64,000 nt of DNA. It comes from Desulfurococcaceae archaeon (GTDB lineage Archaea; Thermoproteota; Thermoprotei_A; Sulfolobales; Desulfurococcaceae). Each line of letters opens with the position of its first letter. Position 1 is the first letter of the stretch. The stretch lies in the NCBI GenBank assembly GCA_038889555.1, contig JAWAHD010000001.1, positions 1,016 to 65,015 on the forward strand. Reading direction: 5' to 3'. The position numbers and the translations under genes are program-made. Shown one piece after another: positions 10,089 to 16,780 of this stretch. The notes under the pieces were generated by a model that did not search any database, had not been told where the DNA came from, and saw only the letters and a program-made list of their open reading frames with translations.

Positions 10089-10918
10089 ATGTAGATCACC
10101 TCGTACTTCTTTGCGATCTTTTCCAGCGCAGGCTTTGTTATGACAGTAAGACGTCCGGGCACTCCTCCTGGTGCTAAGTGTAGAATACTTAGATTACTTG
10201 GTGTTGCGATATCTACGCCGGGTAGATTTCTTACAGCTTTAGCAAAGGGTGTTAGGTAGCTGGATAGTATGAAAAGAACACTCCTTGGCTCAACGTACCT
10301 TCTTCCCCTCATTTTTCCTTTTCCAGCTCTTATTCTAATTCTATCGTAGCTTCTCTCAATGTCCGTCCAGACGCCTATCTTCTCGAGGTAGTACTTAACA
10401 TCCTTTGTTCTAGCGTAGGTTGTTTCAACAGCATCTTCAACTACAACTGGTAGCTTATCAACTGTAAATACATGTCCGCGCTCTCTGACGATATTTACTC
10501 TCGCTGTAGCGGCTAATGCCGAAATAATTGCACTAATTCTCTCCTGTTTGTTCACTTCTTCGTGTATATTCCTATCAGGTCTTGGAGGAAACGCTAATCT
10601 TCCTTTTCGTGCAAACGGCACGAATCTAGCTGTACCATCAGGTAACCTGGGAACACGTGATAACCCGTATCCTACACCCCAGAATCTGGCCGTTGTCCTT
10701 TTGCCTGCGAGAGGATCTCTACCCTTTGGTTGCAGCATAGCGGTAAATGCTGAGAGGAAAGCACGGTTTATGATGTCTTTTCTTACTGGATAGTAGAATA
10801 TGTTAGGTAGCTCTATTTCTTTGGTTACATTACCGTTCACGTCGAACAAATATGCAGTAAGCTTTTCAACTTCTAACTGTGGATCTCTAATCGCAACTAG
10901 GGGCTTCACTTTTACCAC
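10085..10918 (-). CDS. rpl4: 50S ribosomal protein L4 (uL4)
   Basis: Size and operon position between L3 and L23. [14 protein letters not shown] and [10 protein letters not shown] regions are typical of archaeal L4. GTG start. Confidence 0.88.
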   Translation of the reverse strand: MVKVKPLVAIRDPQLEVEKLTAYLFDVNGNVTKEIELPNIFYYPVRKDIINRAFLSAFTAMLQPKGRDPLAGKRTTARFWGVGYGLSRVPRLPDGTARFVPFARKGRLAFPPRPDRNIHEEVNKQERISAIISALAATARVNIVRERGHVFTVDKLPVVVEDAVETTYARTKDVKYYLEKIGVWTDIERSYDRIRIRAGKGKMRGRRYVEPRSVLFILSSYLTPFAKAVRNLPGVDIATPSNLSILHLAPGGVPGRLTVITKPALEKIAKKYEVIYI

Positions 10919-12112
10919 CTAAGCACCTTGTTTACTCTCTAAGCTCAAGTAGACTATTTTAGGCGCTGAGATGGGGATCCACTTGTGTGGAGGCCTTATC
11001 GGGTGCCTTAGTATAAGTAACCTCTTAGCTGGTCCCATGGTTGAACCCTTCAGAAGTATGTATGGACCGTGTATTAGACCATAATGTAGGAAACCACCTT
11101 TCACTACAACCTCGGGACCAAATGTACCGATTTTTACAATCCTTTTGTTAAACTCTGTTCTCCTGTGGAAGCCCATTTGACCAGCTTGCGGTACCTCGCT
11201 CATAGAGTAGGTGAACGCCGGACCTCTAGTTCCAACCTTTCTACTGCCTTTTCTGTGTTTGTGCCACCTCGGGAGTTCCTTAACGCCGAACCTTTTTATT
11301 ACCCCCTGGAACCCGTGACCCTTCGTAACACCTATTACATCCACGAACTGACCTTCGAGAAAGACATCGTATGGTGTAAGGTAGGAACCTAGTATGGACT
11401 CCGCATACCTTACGACTTCGTCTAGGTTTCCGCCGTGTATTTTCACCTCGAGTATTTCTGCCTTCTTCTTGCCAATACCGGATAAGGGAGGTACCGTAGT
11501 AACAATCGCTCTTACCTCTACTATATCCCCACTTAACACCTTCTTAAGCTCCTCTTCGCTAGATTCAGCGACGAACTTATAACCGAGTTCACTGTTAGGG
11601 TCAGGTTTTACAAGGCCGTGGTTAACCTTCCTTAGTCCGTGAAGATACTTTCTAGCTACCTCCTTTGGGCTAAGAGTCCACAATGGATTACTCGAATAAA
11701 AGGTTTCTGTAGCCTTAATTAGCGCATCAACGGGGTTTCTCCAGGCTTCGCCCATGGTTTTTAAGTAACCGTTCTCATCTCGTGTATATGTTCTAATACC
11801 AACAACTAGTATGGGAGGAGCATCAAGTACCGTTACAGGTACGAATACCTCCTTACCTGTGAACGGGGTATTTGGTCTATCTTCAACTATGATAGCATGA
11901 GTCATTCCAGCCTTGTAGACCGGGTAAGCCAGTAAAAGAGGTTTACTCGAGATATTCCTCTCAAGAGCTTCTTTGTTGTACTTTTTAACTACGAGATCAA
12001 ACCAGCTGATTTCAGGCCAATTCTTAATTCGAGGTGTAAGTTCATCCGCTCTCTTGCGTGGTCTTACTCCTAGACTTCCATGTCTTGGAGCACTTAACTT
12101 CCTATGGCCCAA
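10919..12112 (-). CDS. rpl3: 50S ribosomal protein L3 (uL3), unusually long (397 aa)
   Basis: (TTG)[21 protein letters not shown] is the canonical archaeal L3 start. [17 protein letters not shown] is also present. The TTG start is preceded by GGTGA (SD-like) 6 nt upstream. First gene of the operon. Confidence 0.9.
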   Translation of the reverse strand: MGHRKLSAPRHGSLGVRPRKRADELTPRIKNWPEISWFDLVVKKYNKEALERNISSKPLLLAYPVYKAGMTHAIIVEDRPNTPFTGKEVFVPVTVLDAPPILVVGIRTYTRDENGYLKTMGEAWRNPVDALIKATETFYSSNPLWTLSPKEVARKYLHGLRKVNHGLVKPDPNSELGYKFVAESSEEELKKVLSGDIVEVRAIVTTVPPLSGIGKKKAEILEVKIHGGNLDEVVRYAESILGSYLTPYDVFLEGQFVDVIGVTKGHGFQGVIKRFGVKELPRWHKHRKGSRKVGTRGPAFTYSMSEVPQAGQMGFHRRTEFNKRIVKIGTFGPEVVVKGGFLHYGLIHGPYILLKGSTMGPAKRLLILRHPIRPPHKWIPISAPKIVYLSLESKQGA

Positions 12113-12160
12113 GCTACGTCACCATGATAAGCATACTACCTATCTACTAAACGTGAGTAC

Positions 12161-12169
12161 CTTTTATAC
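12161..12169 (-). promoter_or_regulatory. candidate TATA box for the L3 ribosomal-protein operon
   Basis: The - strand reads AGTATAAAAGG about 49 nt upstream of the L3 TTG start, inside the only gap (76 bp) upstream of the operon. By-eye call only. Confidence 0.35.
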
Positions 12170-12188
12170 TCCACAACGAAACAGATTC

Positions 12189-13025
12189 CTATATACCTTT
12201 TAAGTATATGTTCACTATTGCGAGAGTTATTACGAGAGCTTCCTCTGTTCTAACTGTGGTAACTTTTTGATCTGGAACAGTGTTCCAGATGAAGTCAGCG
12301 TACTCTTGTATCCTGAAGTGTTCCTGCTCGGAAAGCTCAAACAGATCGTACTTAGGACTACCGAATAGTATTAGCAAGTCGCATCCTCTCATTCTCTCGA
12401 CCTCATGAAATGTGGGAACAGAACCTTTTCTGTCTGTGACTATTATGTAATCAACTATTCCACGATACCTGGTTACAGCCTCTTTTAAACTGCTCGTGGA
12501 AGTTAGTATAGGACCTCTATAGACCTCTTTTTCTAGGCATACTGCTTCCCGGGTTTCACTGCTTATCACCTTAACAAGGACTACACTGTTTACTTTACTG
12601 CACTCCCCAATTATTTTAAAGGGTTCCACGCTTCCTACGTGGGCTTTCAGCTCTCCATCACTATCCCGGAAAACATACGCTAATCTCTCTTCACCCGAGA
12701 CGGGTTTTCTGCTAACGTTAAACACGTTTAACCTTATAGGCGGCAACATACCAACGTATTTCAATTCAGGTGAGAGAGGTACCAGTATTTTACGTAGATA
12801 AGGAGGTGTGAACAAGTACTTCCAGTGCTCTCGTATAATACGCAGATGCTCGATGTGTTCTTCAGTACTTGTCGAAAAATCTTTGTAGAACACTACCTCG
12901 CTTACTCCGAATATCGAGGTCCATCTGGCTACCTGATGAACTCTAAAAGACTTCTGTATAAGAGAAGGCTCAACGCTTAATATACTACTCGGTAGTGCAA
13001 CGCGAATTCTCGTTTTTACCATCAA
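12189..13025 (-). CDS. putative SPOUT-class RNA methyltransferase (DUF171/COG2106-like)
   Basis: 278-aa ORF starting RIRVALPSSILSVEPSLIQKSFRVHQVARWTSIFGVSEVVFY. A COG2106-type gene is recalled to precede rpl3 in many archaea. Assignment rests on memory and synteny, not a search. Confidence 0.55.
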   Translation of the reverse strand: MMVKTRIRVALPSSILSVEPSLIQKSFRVHQVARWTSIFGVSEVVFYKDFSTSTEEHIEHLRIIREHWKYLFTPPYLRKILVPLSPELKYVGMLPPIRLNVFNVSRKPVSGEERLAYVFRDSDGELKAHVGSVEPFKIIGECSKVNSVVLVKVISSETREAVCLEKEVYRGPILTSTSSLKEAVTRYRGIVDYIIVTDRKGSVPTFHEVERMRGCDLLILFGSPKYDLFELSEQEHFRIQEYADFIWNTVPDQKVTTVRTEEALVITLAIVNIYLKGI

Positions 13026-13049
13026 CTACACACTGTGGATACGCTTGTT

Positions 13050-13154
13050 CTACTTTTTCTCCTCACTTTTCTGCTGCTTGGACTTTTCCTTGGCTTTTTC
13101 TCTGGTCTCCTTTGATCTCTCTTCCTCTGTTTTCTTGGTGGTCTCCTTCATCAT
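13050..13154 (-). CDS. possible micro-ORF, 34 aa, Lys/Glu-rich
   Basis: The - strand reads MMKETTKKTEEERSKETREKAKEKSKQQKSEEKK. A GTATAAAA element lies about 80 nt upstream on the same strand. It could equally be low-complexity non-coding sequence. Confidence 0.15.
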   Translation of the reverse strand: MMKETTKKTEEERSKETREKAKEKSKQQKSEEKK

Positions 13155-13246
13155 GAATATAGTTGTCTTCTGCCTACCACCCACACAGTTTCACCTGTTT
13201 CTGTTCTCGTTAAAAACAATACAGAGTAATCCAGTTTTATACCTGC

Positions 13247-14914
13247 TTAGCGCTTTTGCAGAGTTCTAAGTTTTAGTGGAGTATGAATGTTCAGCACCTT
13301 AGCATTCTTTAGAACAGCGTTGACGTATATAGCTTCACCAACGCTCAGCTTAGATAACACTGATGCCAGTTCCGGCTTTATTCCAAGTATTTTCCTCACT
13401 TTGTCCAGATACTCCTCGTTCTTAGACCCGAAGACTAGTATGTTATAGATGTTCTCCAGTATTTCGTTAGGGAAGTCTTCGGGACCTTGGGAGGATACCA
13501 CCACGCCTAACTTCCTACTCCTCCCCTCACGGACGATCTCTAGTAGTGTCTTCAATTTGAGTATTCTCCATGCATCATCTACTAGCAGGAGGAGACCTTT
13601 TTCGCTGCTCTCTCTAAGTAATAGATGTCTTACTATTCCGAGAAGTAGCGATGCATATGTGTTCTGGAAAGTTGTACCTCTACCTTCTAGGTTTATTAAA
13701 ACGCATGCGTTGCCTCGTGCTAGGTGCTTTTTAATCCACTCGTAATTCGTGTTTACTTCAATGAACTCTACGAATGGTATAATAACGGATGCGGAAGGGT
13801 TCTTTGAAGCTTCCTTGGCGTCTCTCTCCACGACAACTAAGGCTTTTAGAACAATTTCGGGACTTATACCACCAGCGTGAGATAAGGATTCTACGACAAC
13901 CCCCCTCCAGCTCATGTACTCAATACCTGGAGGAGGATTTAGGATGTTTATTGGTGCATAATCTGGGGTAAGAACAGGTATAAGTTCATCTGAGATGTAA
14001 TGACGAAGATCACCCTTAAAGTCTATGATAACGATATCAGAAAATCCCTCCGAGACAACCTGCTCTACTAGAGACGCTAGTAATGTGGATTTTCCTCTCC
14101 CAGTTGGGCCAATAACGGCTATGTGATGATATAAGTACTTAAGTTGGAGAATAACGGGATGCATAGTGTTCTTCTCGAAACCTATCAGAATTCCGGGTTC
14201 ATCGATCATAGGTTTGTCTAGCGTTACCGGTTGAAAATACGAAAGCCTATCTGCTTCGATGTGAATGCTTGATAACTCTGCTTTTGCATCCAAACCAAGA
14301 ACACTGAGAATGAACGAAGCTATTTCACTATAACCCGCTCTTTCAAGTCTAAGTCCAAAACTGTTCTTGAAAACAGACGTAACGATCGACTCGTAGTAGT
14401 CAGCTATGCTCTTGGCTGTACTTTTATCTTTTGCATCAACTCTGAACACCACGGCAAGTGATATCTTTAGAAAAGGTTTGCCTTCAATTATAGCATGGTA
14501 CAAGGTCTTCAGCTTATCAAGCTTAACTCTAAGTTTAAGCTTTTCTGTTTCGCTCTGAACGAGTTCGAGGTCAGCTTGCGTATTCAATATGGAGTTCTTG
14601 AGATTCTTTAGGTATCTATCCAGGTCGAACTCCTCCTTGTAAAGATACAAGTGAACACGCGATGGCAAGGACTTAAGCAGAGCTACATATTCCTCAAAGA
14701 TGGTTTTACTGCGTTCACTCAGAAGTTCTTCAACATCATACTCTGTATCTTTGCATATGAGTATTCTGCTTAAAACAACTCCGTTAGGGTATTGAATAAT
14801 CAAGTCCGGAGGATCTACCTCAATACTCCTTATTTTTAATTGCACAATTTTGAATCCTAGCTCTGTTAAAAACCTAGCGAGGAGCTTCACGGTTATCAAC
14901 CTCCTTGTGAACAA
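13247..14914 (-). CDS. VirB4/HerA-superfamily P-loop ATPase (CedB/TedB-like candidate)
   Basis: Walker A GPTGRGKST, Walker B GLLLLVDDAW, VVVSSQGPEDFP motif, and an about 250-aa non-ATPase N-domain. Last gene of a membrane-protein operon. The likely true start is GTG 14890, preceded by AGGAGG at 14900-14905. Confidence 0.65.
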   Translation of the reverse strand: MFTRRLITVKLLARFLTELGFKIVQLKIRSIEVDPPDLIIQYPNGVVLSRILICKDTEYDVEELLSERSKTIFEEYVALLKSLPSRVHLYLYKEEFDLDRYLKNLKNSILNTQADLELVQSETEKLKLRVKLDKLKTLYHAIIEGKPFLKISLAVVFRVDAKDKSTAKSIADYYESIVTSVFKNSFGLRLERAGYSEIASFILSVLGLDAKAELSSIHIEADRLSYFQPVTLDKPMIDEPGILIGFEKNTMHPVILQLKYLYHHIAVIGPTGRGKSTLLASLVEQVVSEGFSDIVIIDFKGDLRHYISDELIPVLTPDYAPINILNPPPGIEYMSWRGVVVESLSHAGGISPEIVLKALVVVERDAKEASKNPSASVIIPFVEFIEVNTNYEWIKKHLARGNACVLINLEGRGTTFQNTYASLLLGIVRHLLLRESSEKGLLLLVDDAWRILKLKTLLEIVREGRSRKLGVVVSSQGPEDFPNEILENIYNILVFGSKNEEYLDKVRKILGIKPELASVLSKLSVGEAIYVNAVLKNAKVLNIHTPLKLRTLQKR

Positions 14915-15047
14915 GTGTTAGTACCGTAAGAAACACTGCAGATAGTATTAAGTAGAGTATATCACCAGTAAAGTAGTACTCGATTGCACCATACACAGCA
15001 ACTATCGACATGACTAGTAGTTTAACAACATTGGTTTTTCTACTCAT
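14874..15047 (-). CDS. 57-aa two-TM membrane micro-protein (CedA2-like position)
   Basis: Not in the ORF track. Reads MSRKTNVVKLLVMSIVAVYGAIEYYFTGDILYLILSAVFLTVLTLVHKEVDNREAPR. Its ATG overlaps the TGA of the upstream 455-aa gene (ATGA at 15044-15047), and its 3' end overlaps the ATPase start. Confidence 0.45.
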   Translation of the reverse strand: MSRKTNVVKLLVMSIVAVYGAIEYYFTGDILYLILSAVFLTVLTLVHKEVDNREAPR

Positions 15048-16411
15048 AAATTACCAGCCGCCAATCTCATAATTGTACTAGAGTATCCTCCGAGTAACCT
15101 TGCTACACTTATGGAGATCGTGACAAGAATACCCATGTAGATCATGGGAAGTAGTACCAACTCAATGAAGCCGTACACAGCGTAGACAAACAAAGCCTCA
15201 GGTGAGAACACGTCCACTTCCACGGCTTTCAGTATGAAAGGCTCTATGGCTACGTTTATTGGTGTGGTCTTGTAGAAGTCTAGGACTATGGTTAAGTTGT
15301 AAGTGCCCGGATTTATTGAAATCTCGTAGATGGAGTACCAGACACCATACCATTCTCCTATTCTTCTACTTGGACTTGATACAACAGTGTTGTTTAAGTA
15401 AATTGTAACACCGTCTTCACTTTCCGTGTATATCTCTATAGAACCATCTACACCCGTGTGTAGCTGTACCTGAACAACTCTATCGGCTCTCTCCACCCTT
15501 AGTATTGTTATGTTAGAGCTAAAGAACACGAATCTATTGGGAGCAAGGAATACTCCATCCACAACTTGGTATGTTCTGTTTATAGGCTCCTCATTTCTTC
15601 TTCTGAAGGTTGCTACGTATGTGTTATTGGCTATATCAAATACGATCGTGTGGTCCCTACACGGAAATCCCAAGCCAGCTGAAACAACAAGTTCACCTTG
15701 CTCATTGAGTTTGTACTTGTAAAGTAACTCTCCTGTTCTAGAATCATAACCTTCGATTACAGCAGGACCCATGGAAGTCCTAGTAGCATCCAATAATCTA
15801 AGACTAGCCGCACACACTGGTTCTTTGTACCTTAGTGGTGGTTGAACACCGCTAATGATCAGAGACGAAAAGGCGGGCATTAGTGGTATTCCTAGAATAA
15901 ACACTATTGCGAAGGATAGTATTGTTGATCCAACGCTCCTGGTTAATTTGAATGGAACAGCGTGTAATACGAGCCCTAGAGCCATTAGTAGTTTAAAAGA
16001 CGTGAATAGAACAGTTGCTATTACTAGAATAAATAGGAGCATCATATAGCATGATGCAACTAGATTGGTTATCGGAGTTAAAATAACTGAGGTAATAAAC
16101 CTGAAACCTAGTTTATCTAAAGCAATACCTAGAGCCTTGAGAATTGCCAGAAGGTTTGTGATCATGGATATCCTGTCTGTTAACCAGTAGCCGAACGCGA
16201 TCCAATCACTACCTAATACACGCCCCAAGTACTCCATTAACCGAAATATCAAGTTGTATGAGAACACCAGAGTCGCAGAAAATAATCCATCGGCAACAAG
16301 ACTTCTACCTAGCTTCTTAATGCTAATAAATGGCAGAGGCAAAGCTTTTAGTAGAAGACCTAAGCAGTAGGATAGTACAGAGAGATAGAATGCTAATGCT
16401 AGTAAGTCCAT
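15044..16411 (-). CDS. polytopic membrane protein with large extracytoplasmic insert (CedA/VirB6-like candidate)
   Basis: About 5-6 N-terminal TM helices, an about 215-aa hydrophilic beta-rich segment with 5 N-x-S/T sequons, then C-terminal TM helices. Sits between two small hairpin proteins and a VirB4-like ATPase. Confidence 0.5.
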   Translation of the reverse strand: MDLLALAFYLSVLSYCLGLLLKALPLPFISIKKLGRSLVADGLFSATLVFSYNLIFRLMEYLGRVLGSDWIAFGYWLTDRISMITNLLAILKALGIALDKLGFRFITSVILTPITNLVASCYMMLLFILVIATVLFTSFKLLMALGLVLHAVPFKLTRSVGSTILSFAIVFILGIPLMPAFSSLIISGVQPPLRYKEPVCAASLRLLDATRTSMGPAVIEGYDSRTGELLYKYKLNEQGELVVSAGLGFPCRDHTIVFDIANNTYVATFRRRNEEPINRTYQVVDGVFLAPNRFVFFSSNITILRVERADRVVQVQLHTGVDGSIEIYTESEDGVTIYLNNTVVSSPSRRIGEWYGVWYSIYEISINPGTYNLTIVLDFYKTTPINVAIEPFILKAVEVDVFSPEALFVYAVYGFIELVLLPMIYMGILVTISISVARLLGGYSSTIMRLAAGNL

Positions 16412-16441
16412 TTAAAACGGCACCGTTTCTGCGGACAAGTG

Positions 16442-16723
16442 CTAAGGCATTTGAGGTGGTTGTGGCATTGGTAACTGAATTGACGATGTGATGTAAGATA
16501 TGATCGCAAATACCGTCGTTCCCATGGCTAACCAGAAAGCAGCCCACAGGGCATCCTCGATCATCTTACTACCTGTCTTCTTAACTTTCACGAACGGTAA
16601 TGGTAATCCTTTTATTAACCAGCCGATAACCCAGGCGAGCAGAAAAACAAACCAAGCTATAATAACCACCATTGTTATTAAACCTTTGACAAACTCTACA
16701 ACACTCACCATTATCACCCACAA
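16442..16723 (-). CDS. small two-TM hairpin protein (CedA1/VirB2 pilin-like candidate)
   Basis: 93 aa (TTG start; alternative ATG at 16711). Two hydrophobic helices are separated by KGLPLPFVKVKKTGSK, with a Pro-rich tail. First gene of the operon. Confidence 0.5.
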   Translation of the reverse strand: MWVIMVSVVEFVKGLITMVVIIAWFVFLLAWVIGWLIKGLPLPFVKVKKTGSKMIEDALWAAFWLAMGTTVFAIISYITSSIQLPMPQPPQMP

Positions 16724-16780
16724 TAATGAGCATCTTAACTAGAGGAGAGAATGGCGAAAGTTACACAGCGGTGAACTGCT

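Noticed and set aside
1079-11582. Numerous + strand ORFs of 60-150 aa inside the ribosomal-protein operon (e.g. 1079-1336, 2248-2487, 3253-3654, 4674-5081, 7545-7865, 8531-8992, 10548-10793, 11165-11392).
   Set aside because: All lie antisense to strongly supported ribosomal protein genes. They have low-complexity Ser/Leu/Phe-rich translations and no independent start or stop context, so they are shadow ORFs.
13045-13269. 74-aa + strand Phe/Leu/Ser-rich ORF in the gap between the SPOUT gene and the ATPase.
   Set aside because: It is the low-complexity mirror image of a purine-rich - strand stretch. It runs against the direction of all surrounding genes and into the ATPase 3' end.
16323-16547. 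74-aa - strand ORF bridging the end of the 93-aa gene and the start of the 455-aa gene.
   Set aside because: It is out of frame with, and overlaps, both better-supported membrane-protein genes. The translation has no features.
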